Assembly (NCBI GenBank): GCA_000002435.2
Contig: CM018793.1
DNA from: Giardia intestinalis
Lineage: Eukaryota
Strand: one strand, 5' to 3'
Length of the DNA stretch: 64,000 bases
Each line of letters starts with the position of its first letter. The stretch's first letter is position 1. The position numbers and the translations under genes are program-made. Under the pieces are notes generated by a model. The model saw only the letters and a list, made by a program, of their open reading frames with translations. It did no database searches and had not been told where the DNA came from. Positions 1 to 12,100 of the stretch are shown here, piece by piece.

Positions 1-241
1 AGCTATAACGCTCGCTAACTCATACCTCTACGATGCACAGCTAAGCCTCTCGCAGTGGGCCCAGAGCTGCTGGGTTACAGTGGAGCCTAGCAAGATCTTT
101 GGTGCTCAGCTACTGTTCCTCAGTGATGTTGACTGGGATCTTTGTGTCTCAGAGGCTGACTACATGGAGATAGCTCTATGCATAGATCTTTTATGCGAGG
201 TATATGCATAGGAGTCTTTTGTGATGTAGACTAGTTGAATC

Positions 242-1192
242 TCATAATCTTAGCTTCTGATTCACCCAAAGAAACACCCCAGAGCTTCTAGCAGCATCGG
301 ATGCTGTGGCTGCACGTAGTCTGTATTGCTCTTCTATACTTTCTACGGGGAGAGGGTGAAAACCATAGTAGTAGTATGCGTCACGCAACGGGATGCTTGC
401 GTCCGTTTGCATGTCCCTGAGTGCCTCCAACTGTCTTGGTATTCGAGTGTCAGCAAACCCATGTATACCCTTGCTTCGTGCCTGCTCCATCCTGGTCAGA
501 ACATCGCGGTGTTCCGCGTTAACCTGTTCCAGTGCTTTCACTTTTGCCCATTCGTGGCTAAGCAGAGCTTCAGGAGAGATCTTCATGTATCCCATCAATC
601 TCGCATATTCTCTTGGGAAACAGGCATGGGGAAGATGCTTATTAGAACAGCATAGATCATTCTGCTGCTCCCAATGCCCTATCTGCCGCGTGTGGGCGTT
701 GTTCTTCACCCAGATATCGAGGCCAGTACTATCAAAAAGAGTACTTCTTGTATCTCCAATGCGCCTCCGTGGATGCTCAGTAACACTCGTTCCCCCTGCA
801 TTCAGTGAGTGGCTGCGTGTCTGTACCCTCGGAGGTTCGTATATCTCATTCATGGAGCAGCTTTGGTAAACATTCGTGCCCACCATGTCTTCTCCTGATG
901 TCTTCAGAGATGCGGTGGCTGGAGGGAGTCTCTGGGTCGCCGCGCAAACTTGCTCAGGAATATTTCTGGGTGCATCCCTGAGCTGAGTAGTGCTATCTGT
1001 AGAAAAATAAACTTCGTCTGGCTCTGTTCGCGTGATTGTTCCTATTGATTCCCGCGTGTAAGCAGGTAAGGTGATTAAAGACTTGTTGCGGTTCCTGGCC
1101 CGCTGGCTATCGAAGTGCGTGCCAGGGAACATTCGTTGTTTATTGTACGCAGCTGCTATGGTAGAGGCAACGCGAGGAAGAATCGTGTCCAT
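242..1192 (-). CDS. Hypothetical protein (316 aa), no recognisable domain
   Basis: Longest ORF in the region. The + strand ORFs 326-655 and 393-869 lie inside it and are shorter. No motif recognised. Confidence 0.45.
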   Translation of the reverse strand: MDTILPRVASTIAAAYNKQRMFPGTHFDSQRARNRNKSLITLPAYTRESIGTITRTEPDEVYFSTDSTTQLRDAPRNIPEQVCAATQRLPPATASLKTSGEDMVGTNVYQSCSMNEIYEPPRVQTRSHSLNAGGTSVTEHPRRRIGDTRSTLFDSTGLDIWVKNNAHTRQIGHWEQQNDLCCSNKHLPHACFPREYARLMGYMKISPEALLSHEWAKVKALEQVNAEHRDVLTRMEQARSKGIHGFADTRIPRQLEALRDMQTDASIPLRDAYYYYGFHPLPVESIEEQYRLRAATASDAARSSGVFLWVNQKLRL

Positions 1193-1201
1193 TTTTAATT
1201 A

Positions 1202-2920
1202 ATGGCGGATTCTCTCATGCTTCAGACAGAGCCACGTGGGATCTCGAATCATCAAACTGACACCTTAACTCATGAGCAGAAGAGATCACTCTCTTGTACT
1301 ATCCCATGTACTACTGTGAGCCAAGTACATAGCAGCCCCAGGAGTCCCCGCATCCACATAAACGATGAGCTACTACGGCTCCTTGTAGCAGCCCCAATAA
1401 TCCAGCATCCTCGCTACATTAAATATATAGCAAAAGGGGCGATAGGGAAGGTGTTTGTGCATGAAGCCAAAGTGGTCAATTTAGTTACCAATGCGCGACC
1501 CTCATGGCTCAAGACGATGAGAACTTTGCTAAATTTAAAACACTGTAATGTATCCTCATATCTTGCGGTAGAAAAGCGTGGCGCATGCATTTATGTAGCA
1601 GAGTGCTGTGCAGAGCTCAAGACTGTCCGCACCTTGATAGAAAGTGCCAGAACCATCAAGCGATACGTCAAAGAAAGTGTTGTCTGGGAAATCTTATATC
1701 ATGTCCTGTCCGGGCTGGCATATCTACATATGTATGCCCGCAACACCATCCCCTGGGCAGAGACAATTGTCCATGGCGCCATTACTCCAGATAACATCTT
1801 GCTATTGGATGATGAGGTCGCAGTGCTGAGCTCGTGTGCTCTTTGGGAACTCTTCCCTGTTACTTGGTTTGACATAAATAATCCAAGTACGTATTTGATG
1901 GCTCCAGAAGTGATTGTAGACCCGATGCATATGACATCTGCAAGCGATATTTGGTCTGTTGGGGCTGTGTTTTATGAACTTCTTACGTTGCATCCCTTTG
2001 CTGGAGATTATCCTGCAACGGATATAGATGGATTACTTCAAAGACTCTACGAAAGATTGGGCGTAATTCCACCTGAACTTCCCGGATATTCTGAGGACAT
2101 TACACACCTGATTCGTTGTATGTTGCATATGGATCCAAGACGGCGGCCCTCCATCGAAGAGCTTCTCACTAATAAGCACATGCTTTATACGAAGTACAGA
2201 GCAACCAGAATACAGGAAAGCGCGAACTACTTGTTAAGTCCTTCGATGAGTCAGATGCATGCGAATACAAGGGAAATATCTAATAGAAAGGATCAGGACT
2301 CCACAGTATTGTACAATAACACACTTTTAACAACTAAATCACAGGGTCTGCATCTTATATTTCTCAACGCCCAGGGAGAAACCCGGCTCATGCAGGCGGC
2401 TCGAGATAAAAAGTATGCTCAACTTATGACACTGATCAAAGAGGAGGCCGGGGTTCAGTCTGCAGATGGAATGACAGCTCTGATGTATGCAGCGTTGTTC
2501 AACAATTCTTTGGCAATCAATTACCTAATTGACAAGGAAGCACGCCTGGTCGATAACGACGGGAATAGTGCGCTTATTTTTGCAATACACTCCAATTTCC
2601 GTTGTTGTGCAGAGCTACTGGCTCCGTACGAAGGGGGAATCGTCAACAATGTAGGTGAGACTGCGCTGATGTATGCTACCCGGCGACGTTATGACAATAT
2701 CATTCGAACCCTTGTCCGGAAGGAAACAGGGATACAGAATAATAGTGGTGACACAGCGCTGATCATCGCTATTAGGGCTAACTATAAAGAGGGCGTGCGT
2801 ATCCTTGCACCGTTAGAAAAACATATTGGACTAATGGATGGGACGATGCCAGAGACTCTGGCTGTCAGGTTGGGCTTCAGCGATCTTGGCGAGCTTATCA
2901 AAGGTTTCGCCAATCAATAG
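1202..2920 (+). CDS. NEK-family protein kinase-like protein with C-terminal ankyrin repeats; predicted catalytically inactive (pseudokinase)
   Basis: Kinase fold motifs are recognisable: Gly-loop-like AKGAIGKV, lysine in VHEAK, APE motif LMAPEV and subdomain IX DIWSVGAVFYELLT. The catalytic loop reads HGAITPDN instead of HRDLKPEN and no DFG is found. Four or five ankyrin repeats follow (GMTALMYAA, GNSALIFAI, GETALMYAT, GDTALIIAI). Kinase plus ankyrin architecture is typical of the expanded Giardia NEK family. Confidence 0.8.
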   Translation: MADSLMLQTEPRGISNHQTDTLTHEQKRSLSCTIPCTTVSQVHSSPRSPRIHINDELLRLLVAAPIIQHPRYIKYIAKGAIGKVFVHEAKVVNLVTNARPSWLKTMRTLLNLKHCNVSSYLAVEKRGACIYVAECCAELKTVRTLIESARTIKRYVKESVVWEILYHVLSGLAYLHMYARNTIPWAETIVHGAITPDNILLLDDEVAVLSSCALWELFPVTWFDINNPSTYLMAPEVIVDPMHMTSASDIWSVGAVFYELLTLHPFAGDYPATDIDGLLQRLYERLGVIPPELPGYSEDITHLIRCMLHMDPRRRPSIEELLTNKHMLYTKYRATRIQESANYLLSPSMSQMHANTREISNRKDQDSTVLYNNTLLTTKSQGLHLIFLNAQGETRLMQAARDKKYAQLMTLIKEEAGVQSADGMTALMYAALFNNSLAINYLIDKEARLVDNDGNSALIFAIHSNFRCCAELLAPYEGGIVNNVGETALMYATRRRYDNIIRTLVRKETGIQNNSGDTALIIAIRANYKEGVRILAPLEKHIGLMDGTMPETLAVRLGFSDLGELIKGFANQ

Positions 2921-5900
2921 CTTTTCCTTAGACAATGAAATAGCAAACAAGCCACTTCCACAAAAGATAAGACTGCTCGTCTCTGGAGTGGTGTGCAGGC
3001 ACAAGACAGAATGGATATTATAAAGGGGCATAGAAGATAATGGCTTGGTCTGGAAGATGGTAGCACCGGTAGATATACTACTTAACTTACAATAGTGTGG
3101 TATTCTGTCCCAGCCCACATAAGCAAACGCTAATTCTTCTTCAAGTGATGGCAAACTTGTTGCATATATTATCCCATTAACACGTCCTCTTTGCAAGATG
3201 CTTTCTCCCACAGACCGTATACCAGTTTGGCATCTTTCGAAAGCGTATATGGTTAAATATCCCATGTCTGATACTGCGAGTATAAAGTGTTTAAATGTTA
3301 AAACACTGATGATGCTTCCCCGCAAGGAGCTTCTCATCTGCCACTTGATAGTTATAATACCATTAACTCCACACGCAAACCCAAGCGGCTTTTGTGATAG
3401 TACATGTTCCATATATCCTATATCCATTTGACCAAAGTCCGACGTCTTTGTTAGAACGGTAGATAGCTTCTCCTTGTCTATGGCAGCAATGATCAGTCCT
3501 TGGGTCATAGCACCAGCTATATAGTCTTCTCCCCCAATATGCATCCATTGCAACTGCATCGGAACGCTGTGGGTTGAACATCTCTCAATAAGATAAATAC
3601 ATCGTGTCTTATGCAAAAAGCACATTAGCCACAGCTCTCCTATACTGACCCCGACAAGAAATAGGACGGACTGCGAAGTAAGAGACACGTCATAGAAAGG
3701 AAGGACAAACGTATATCTGATGTCTAACTCATCCATTTTTGGTTGGACATATCTAGCAGGAAATCTTCCATGACCTATAACGGTGGCAACTTTAACATCC
3801 CAGATAAGGCAAACTAATTGAGAATTTGATGACCCGATTATTATTAGGTCTTCTGCAGCCGAGATCTTGAGTACCGCAATAGAGCGAACAGAGGCATTGC
3901 AATAATGGATAACCCGAACGAGATTCAGGTTAATGTCATGGAGGGTTACCTCTCCTGTCTCTGAACCGCACACTAGCATGTTTTGGATGGGCGCAAATGC
4001 ATTGATTTCGCTTCCAGATGCCCATCCTGGTAGGATAATGCGAGCCGTCAGCATAGGAGATCCAACAGGTTGAATCAACAACTTCGAAGACGACCAATCG
4101 AATAGAACACACTGCCTACTTACCTCATTGTAGCATATCCCTAGAGCAACACTAACTTCTCCGTTATCACTGAGTAAATTGCCAGTAGAGATAGTGCCCT
4201 GAGCGTACGTAAAACGGTTCGGGCACAGAGAGGTGATGAGCCATCCTTTTGCATCGCGCGAAGCTATAGAGATGGACTTGTCCCAGTGCAGAAGAACACT
4301 GTTGCAAGGCATAATTGATCTGGTTGAGTTCTGCTGACAGAAGATGACTTTATTGTTGTGCACAAGAAGATGAACCAACTGTACCTTTCCTGAATGTAAA
4401 ACAAAGAGAACTGAAACATGATGCCCATCAAGGCTGTGAGTGACCTGAGGTGAGGAAGGAAGTGCTCGAGCATATAGTTTTGTCCTGCCAGCATTGTCAG
4501 TACAGAGACTTAAAATAGGGAACAGAAGCTGCAAGTTCTTTGGTGTGTACTTGAAAATCTGGAGCTGCCCATCTCTAGTGTAAATAAAGACAAGGGATGA
4601 TCCATCAGAAAACCTGAGAATGGATGAAGTTAGCGGCCCGAGTGCTTTCAGATCCATTTGATTTGTGCTTTGAACAGAGGTGACACCTGTCTCTATGCTA
4701 GTGAGATATATGTAATTGAGTGATGGAATACGCTGATGTATTAACACAGACAGTACTGTCAACAAGTTTTGCTGGCATGAAACAATAGCAGCGCCAATTC
4801 CGTAAATAAATACAAATAGATCTGTAGTGCTAGTGTTCTGATGCAATAAGTGGCATGAAGAGACTCCCAGATTGTTTGGTATGTTTGAGTCGATCGTCTG
4901 AGCGCATAGTCGAAGGTGGCTGGCAAAGTTTAGTACGTTGACCTTAGACACTTCAAATGGAGATAGTGATACTTGTACATAATATATTAAAGAAATAGTG
5001 TAGCCTACTATTATAATAAGGTCTCCCTTCTTTGTGACAAATTCATCGAAACAATTTGGTTTTTGGCCTGGTAAGGAGATCAACAGAACAGATGAAAAAT
5101 TGGAAACAAGAATCGCGTCACACAAATATATAACTATGCAATACGTGTCGGCAAAATAAACCATAGTACTGTGAAGGCACACAGGATCCCTCTTATGGTG
5201 TATTCCTGCATTTCCAGTGTACGCATGTTCTAGTGGTAGCTCAACTAGTTTGTGGGCAAGGTCTTCTAAGCTATGCGACAGCACTGCGCCGTCTTCTCCA
5301 CATGTGAAAAGCCTCCTCTCGAAGACAACCATGTCTTTCACGATCCCGCCATGTAAACGTGCACGGTAGTCTAAAGTAGACAGCAAGTCAGAGCCATATT
5401 TATATGAGTATGCATACCTGTGAATGTTGCCAGTTTCATCACCCAGGTAGATACTAGTCCTATCTAAATGTCCTGAGTAGAGCCGAGACACGTTGTCTAG
5501 TATGGGCCAATCATTTGTATGTACGGTTATGTTCGTCCTATTATCCCAGGAAAAAGCCAGAGAGAAAATGTGTGCGTGCTTGCAGCTCAGAGCTAAAAGA
5601 AGATAAAGGCAATCAAAAGAATGGCTAGAATTTAACACATGATGAGATGTAAGGCAGAGGACAGGAAATGAGGGTGTACAAATTGTTGCTATGCACTCAT
5701 ACGTCATTTGCTCCACATCAATGAGACAAAGCTCGACCAGAGGCGCTGCAGAGCCCAGAGCGAGAAGAGCCTTCCTGGGAAATAGAAATCCAAGAAACCG
5801 AGAGGAAAAGAAGATACCGGTGCTTCCCTTGTGATAAGACAGGGTCCCAGTGGACACATCCAAACAGCCCCAATCGCCTGTTATGAAGGAAATAAGCCAT

Positions 5901-6178
5901 AGTTTGTTGCTTGGAAGAACGGATAAAGCTACAGATGGACATGATACTAGATGATCAAAGGACAAATTGTCATCTGTGCATTTGTAAATAGAGATCACTC
6001 GTCCGGCACAGACAACAAGATATGGTGACCAAAATGAAGCGCATGAAACCGCTGATTTGATACCATCATGATTCAAGGCGGCGACAGGAGTAGCTCCTCG
6101 GTAGATTGTGCTTCCAGATATTGCATACAGTTGCCCCGTTGAGCCAGCTAAACACAGTGCTGTGACGGGAAGACTCAT
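2831..6178 (-). CDS. Large hypothetical protein (1115 aa), possibly beta-propeller-like
   Basis: Single uninterrupted 3.3-kb ORF in coding-dense context. Its 3' end overlaps the convergent kinase gene by 90 bp. No diagnostic motif recognised. Confidence 0.6.
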   Translation of the reverse strand: MSLPVTALCLAGSTGQLYAISGSTIYRGATPVAALNHDGIKSAVSCASFWSPYLVVCAGRVISIYKCTDDNLSFDHLVSCPSVALSVLPSNKLWLISFITGDWGCLDVSTGTLSYHKGSTGIFFSSRFLGFLFPRKALLALGSAAPLVELCLIDVEQMTYECIATICTPSFPVLCLTSHHVLNSSHSFDCLYLLLALSCKHAHIFSLAFSWDNRTNITVHTNDWPILDNVSRLYSGHLDRTSIYLGDETGNIHRYAYSYKYGSDLLSTLDYRARLHGGIVKDMVVFERRLFTCGEDGAVLSHSLEDLAHKLVELPLEHAYTGNAGIHHKRDPVCLHSTMVYFADTYCIVIYLCDAILVSNFSSVLLISLPGQKPNCFDEFVTKKGDLIIIVGYTISLIYYVQVSLSPFEVSKVNVLNFASHLRLCAQTIDSNIPNNLGVSSCHLLHQNTSTTDLFVFIYGIGAAIVSCQQNLLTVLSVLIHQRIPSLNYIYLTSIETGVTSVQSTNQMDLKALGPLTSSILRFSDGSSLVFIYTRDGQLQIFKYTPKNLQLLFPILSLCTDNAGRTKLYARALPSSPQVTHSLDGHHVSVLFVLHSGKVQLVHLLVHNNKVIFCQQNSTRSIMPCNSVLLHWDKSISIASRDAKGWLITSLCPNRFTYAQGTISTGNLLSDNGEVSVALGICYNEVSRQCVLFDWSSSKLLIQPVGSPMLTARIILPGWASGSEINAFAPIQNMLVCGSETGEVTLHDINLNLVRVIHYCNASVRSIAVLKISAAEDLIIIGSSNSQLVCLIWDVKVATVIGHGRFPARYVQPKMDELDIRYTFVLPFYDVSLTSQSVLFLVGVSIGELWLMCFLHKTRCIYLIERCSTHSVPMQLQWMHIGGEDYIAGAMTQGLIIAAIDKEKLSTVLTKTSDFGQMDIGYMEHVLSQKPLGFACGVNGIITIKWQMRSSLRGSIISVLTFKHFILAVSDMGYLTIYAFERCQTGIRSVGESILQRGRVNGIIYATSLPSLEEELAFAYVGWDRIPHYCKLSSISTGATIFQTKPLSSMPLYNIHSVLCLHTTPETSSLIFCGSGLFAISLSKEKLLIGETFDKLAKIAEAQPDSQSLWHRPIH

Positions 6179-9100
6179 AAATGGCTGTAATAGGCAATGA
6201 AGACGTAGGCTTCCAACGCTAACTGAAAGGCAGCTCGTAGCGTCAGAAGCAATTTATTAACATCACGTTTCTCTCTCGTACAATTTATTCGTCCAATAAT
6301 CGGCTTTATCGATTTCTACGGTAGAACATTACCGGTGCTATTTTGATGTGTAAGTCGGTTGCAAAGAATATTGAGTTAAGCCAGATAAAGAAGAGATAAC
6401 ACGGAAGTTCAAGAGATAAATATAAGGTCTGTGGGCAATGAAGTCACATAAAGCCCAGGTAGCACAAAGACTGGTCAGTGTATTGATAGACCAAGAACCA
6501 TTATTACGATAAAGAGATCTGTTTAGATAACAAGGACACTCCTCGAGCTAGCAACAGCCCTCATGAAGGAGAGTCCAAGCCGACCCCCTAGCGGACGCGG
6601 GGCCACCTGGCCGAATGGGCCCAGACCCTCCTGGAGCGGGGGCCCGTCCAGGCCTTTGCAGCTGAAGGCAGAAGCGGGCCCGGCAACGTACCCTGCACAC
6701 AGCCGCGGTCCAGCTGTCTTCCGGGGGAGCAGGCGTGCATTTCGTTGGACCAGAAGGAGCGGAAGACGCGGAGTTGGAACAAACAGGCCGCAGGCCAAGC
6801 TCTGATAGGCACCTTTTGTAGTCAGGGATGCTGTTGGTTTCTAGTGGGGTCTGCCACGAAACAGGCAGAATCCGGCTAGACGCTGTACAAACGACGCACA
6901 AACGTCAGAGAAGGACAGCCTATGGAAGGGCGTAGATAAACCGATACCTGCATATCCGGAAAAGACTTGTCAACACACACTGAGTCTGCACCAGATACGC
7001 CCGTACAGCATAAGAAGCAGGTAGCTGCCATGGTCTGTCCATACTGATCAAGATATCTCCTAAAGTGGGATGAACAGCGAGCTCTAGCCATGATGGCCTG
7101 CTCATCTACCCGGACGGCCCCAGTCCAGTCTCTTCTTTGGCGATGTAACCATGAATTCTACAACTATTGTGTCAGGGAAGACATCTAATGAGACATGGCA
7201 AGGCAACACAGCTTGTGCTAATCTGCATGCAATGCATGTCCTGTGCTTCTAGGTCGCTAGATGAGATAAGCTCAAGCATGCATGCTCTAGCTATGTACAG
7301 ACTATGTCAATAACTTTATCGAGCAAACGATGCCAGTCAGCAGCAAATAGATACAGGCGCAGGCTATGATGTCTGGTAGATGCTGCTAATTTATGCAGAA
7401 AGGCGGAGCAAGTCACTGGCTAACAAAGTATCGTAGCACATGTCATGCTGAAAACCCGAATGTCGCTAGTCCAGGGCAGAGACGAGTCACTACAGGAGCA
7501 AGATTAATGAGCAAACATTTACGGTGATACCATTCCTCTAGTAGAATCTGCGATACACCTAACGCTAAACGAGCTAGCCAGAAATCTGATATATTTACCT
7601 TTCTGTGCTCTTCACACCTAGCGTATAACACTTACAGTATATCAGAAGTGGGTCCTATCGAAATCAAGACATTATGCTACTCGCGTACAAAGTAAGCAAC
7701 TGGAGAACTAATTGCATAGAGTATTTACTCTTTTCGATAAAGATTCAAATATGTTGGGATAACTAAGCAGCCTGGTCTATAGTAGCTTTCGCATGTGCAC
7801 GTAGCGTATAGCGTTTGGGAAACAAAGACCCGCACTTCACACGAGGCAAGCTAGAACCCGCGGGCTTAAGGCTCGAAGATGAATAGTTGACAATGCCCAT
7901 AGTCAGGCACAGAAGCTGCTATTTTGCATGTCTGCAACTGACTTCATAGGCGGAGAATGAGATATGACAGCCTAGGTAAGCGTGCCAATAATAAGTACCC
8001 CGGCATACTTTCGATTGCAATAGTCGAAGAACCCATCCAGAATTCCCTGCAACCACCAGATTAGCGTACTGGGTCGATATTATTTCAGGTAGTACTCACT
8101 TGTAAGCTATTCTAGGAAGTGACATAGCATAATAGTCTAAGGTATCCTGGACCGTGCCACGCCTTCTGAAAAACGATACTTGTGCAATTGAGAGACGAAG
8201 TATGCCAGAGGCTTTGTAACAACCCCAGAGGCGATCATCTTAAGCTAGTGCCATAGTACACTAGCATAGTGGCTCACTTGCTTTCATAGATCTTACGGCC
8301 TATAGCAAGGATGTGCAAAGAATCAATAATATTAGAATGGCAGTGCATAAGGCATGTTATATCTTTACAAAAACGTGCACCAATTAGAGAATTGAACCAG
8401 TATTACCTACCCATCATAGAATTGGAAACCGATTTAAGGAAATGCAGAATTACAGAACCATGCAATATCTTTCTCCAGCCGATGGCATAGAGTGAAAAAC
8501 AGCTCTATAGGCCAAGTACAAAATAGTTTGGCTTTATTGGGGGTTTAAAGACCCAGCGGGTCACACCAAAAAGCATAGCCCTTTAGGCCCTACTTTTCAA
8601 GCTGTCTTGGTAGTTGCATCTCTGGAAAGGCCAATTTTCTATCCACTGGTCCAGTACACGGGCGTAGACTAGCTGGCATACCTCATAAGAAAGGACTATA
8701 AAGAAAGTATCAACAGGTCTTACGATCGAAGCGTAGCATTATCTATCTTAAATGAATGTGCACAGTGATTAGCTAACCCTTTGCTGCAGTTTTAAGCCAG
8801 TCGATAGCCTGAATTCCGCTAGTGTTATGTATTATTCTTTGCGGTATGCACCAGGTGCGTTAATGTCATATAAAAGGGCACTGCATAGATTTTCTAGCAC
8901 ACCCTAAAAATGGTAGCTTGCTGGTTTACCATAAGAAGTGCAGCCTTATTGGATTTTCTATCTGAACTGTTCATACACGTTACTGAGATCGAAATCAGCA
9001 CCTTTGTATTAGAAGGGAACTTAGGTCAATAGTTCTCTGGTATCTCTGATTTAGCTACATGGTGTTGTTTCCATAGGATAAAGTATCTATTTCTGGTAGG

Positions 9101-12100
9101 AAGAGTGTGACAACCTTCCTTCTATGCCCTTTATTACCTGTTGCTTTTTGCTTAGTAATAACAGCTCCGTGGCTAGATACCCTGTAGAGTAAGCTGTGCG
9201 TACTTCATCTAGGACTTTAAGAACTAAGCACAGAGTAGTCAGACTGAGATAATATTGCAACTTATGCTATTGCCTACTCATCAGGCATGCATTGTGCACT
9301 CTCAGAACTATACAAAGAGCAGTCCAACGCACATATAAGGTTAACGTAAAAGTGCACCAGGCATGACTAATACCTTTTGAGTTGTAGTTACTCGATTATA
9401 TAGTATAACACATTATAACCAAGCACGATGTAGTAAAATCTACCATATAGAAGGGACCAGGGGCTTTTTTTCGATCTCGTCCCTCCTCTAACATCAACAA
9501 CTCTAAAGATGGGCCCAAAGATAGAGTACGTTGTTAAGCTTGCTGACAACGTGGTGATATGGATGAATACCTAGATTGTCGAACCGATCCAAGTGACTTA
9601 AGGAATAACCTAGACCACAGCTATATCCACACATCCAGAGGGAATTACACCAAACTGGAATAGACATAAGGCAAGCATGTTACTGCTGTGATTGCGAAGG
9701 TCATAAGAGTTGCATCCCTAAGTAATTAGAGAGAGGATCAGTTTTATCTTTTGATTCTTTAGGCTTCAAAGAGACATGGTGGAGTAGCACTATGCTATCT
9801 GCTGTTCTACCGTACATATAAGATGTACACTATATTTGTTACTAGCGATCTTGTTGGAATGCATAACCTTTTTATTGCCTTACATGGGCCTCAGTCTCCA
9901 TTTCCAGGTATTCCCAGGGGTATCTCGTGAGCACATTAGCAGCGATGGATAATCCTTAGCCAGTTTTCGATGTCTGTAATTCTATTATTGCTAGAAGAAA
10001 AAGAGCTATCAGATCCATACATCCACGTTGCTTTACATATTAGATCCCTCGAGCTTTTCATCAGGCTTGTCTTATGGCTCTATCTATGCTGTTTCATCTT
10101 TGAGTCTGGGAAGATCTATCTCAAAATTATCATTCTAACGGTTGCCTATCTTAAGAGGTTTATGTTTACCATATATGTAATATATATTTAGTAGCTCTTA
10201 AGATTACTGAATATCATGTTGCTAACTCTATCATTGGCAGCGATATATGCCCATCAACTAACTCATGTAACAGTAACCAGCTTCCACCATCGCGGTTGAT
10301 CTTGCAGGACTATCTCGAGAGATCACCACATCTAGTGCAAGCTTTATATGCTTCTGTGCACTCCAATGCTATCGTAGTATCTGGGATTTACTGCTAAAAA
10401 CTTCTAGGTCTAACATTGTGATGGCAATCCTGCAGTGCCATATCATAAGTCAGACAACAAGGCACAGGGGCCATGGATAAAAAGAACAAGGGTATTAACG
10501 TGCCGAGATTTATAGCAGTCCAACTCTTGTATGTTTTTGTAATCCTTTGTTAGGATCGAGTGCTTGAATAGTCTCGCAAAATAAGAAAGTGGATCGAGGC
10601 CTATTTTCATCCGTGTTCCTGTGAAGGTCTATTCCGAAGATCTTGGAGGCTTGAACGCTTCTACCACATAAAAATCTATTGTACTTATAGGTGCCTTACT
10701 AGATCACCCCAGCGACCGATACCCTCGCAATGTCCATGACTCCGGGACATACGTCTTGTAGTGATGCTAGTGCTAAGACGTCAAAATGTAAAGTTTGTCT
10801 ATACTAAGCTCTAGAAATTATGCTACCTGGAGATGCTTCCTCAGAAGCATGTTTTTCAATTCAACGTACAATTACCTTGCTTCATAGGAATACCTTACTT
10901 CATATTGGCCTTTCCCCATGGAATCAGCTCTACTAGGAAACTCTGAGCCAATACTGAATTCTGGTTATCACCCCTGCCATCCCAGCCAAATGGGTAGAAG
11001 CCTTGCCCTGATAATCCTCTATTGAGTCTACTACCGAAGTCGATGTAATCATTCATTAGAGCTTTTGAATTGGAGATTAGCTGTAATTCAGCTAACTTCC
11101 AAGGACTTGTCTTTTCTATAGAGTCAGGGATGTCTATCTCTTGTTCTGGTCTGTGAAATGCATTATTGCAGTGATTATATCTTTTTTGAGACACGCCAGG
11201 CTATAACACTTATGTATCACAGATTCTGTTGCCGGCTGATGGTGCACAATTCACGTTTTAGTGACATGTAATTATACCATGACAGGTCTGTGTGGAGCCT
11301 ACGTACTTTCACATAGCTCGCCTCATTGTGTTTACAGAACACAGGCAAGTGTACTCCCAGTGACAAACATCTCTTCCTGCACTAATCTCATCATAAAGCG
11401 ACTTGTACTAAGCTCAAGGATCATGTAAACACCTTTATGGTGTACTTGCTGCACATAATCTTAACAAGCACGTAACTAGAGTTCTTGGCCGGTAGATCTT
11501 GCATCTGCGAATATGGATTGTTTAGATTTGTACCTTTTTTGGCTCAGTACTCATTACAATACTTTACCTACTGCCAGTAATTCTATTAAATAGAACTGAG
11601 TCATGTTCAATTTATAGACAGAAAGCAAAAGCTATGCGTCAGGCGATGCGAATTGTCTGAAGCCTGATCCGCTACCGTAAGGTGATCACAGGCACTAGAC
11701 GCAGTCTTGGCTTATATTTCTTTTTTGACACATCTCTCCTACGGTGAGCAGAGCGTTCTAGCCCATCTTAATCAGGAAGAACGACACTAGAGTACAGCCG
11801 AGAATACCAACTAATCGGATTAAGAGGATGCCAGTCTATGCAGAAAATGCTGAGGAGGAAAAGCCCCCAGTAGGCAAGGGGATTAGTGGATAGTTGATAC
11901 AAGTAAGGTTGCAAGGCCACCCGTGTCGACTGAGAAGCAAAACATGACGGGAACTCGGCGTCGCGTAGTGGCACTCTTAGCTTTCCGTTTCTATTTTCGA
12001 AAGAGGCACGAAATGTTTGCTTGGAGGTTTTTGACTATATTCCACGGGGAAACTGTAAAAATCTACACCTAGCGCTAATGTGCATACTATTGTGTGAGTT

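Noticed and set aside
326-869. Plus-strand ORFs 326-655 and 393-869
   Set aside because: Shorter and nested within the 316-aa minus-strand ORF. Cys/Ser-rich junk composition.
6523-6901. ORFs of 74-151 aa on both strands in the GC-rich boundary block (e.g. MCVVCTASSR..., MACGLFVPTP...)
   Set aside because: Five overlapping frames open simultaneously is a composition effect. Translations lack domain features. Diverge exactly at the repeat boundary.
9570-9600. tRNA-like T-arm string ggatcggttcgacaatc (and mirror at 25381-25400)
   Set aside because: Does not match GGTTCGAATCC and no acceptor or anticodon stems could be built by eye. Not called.
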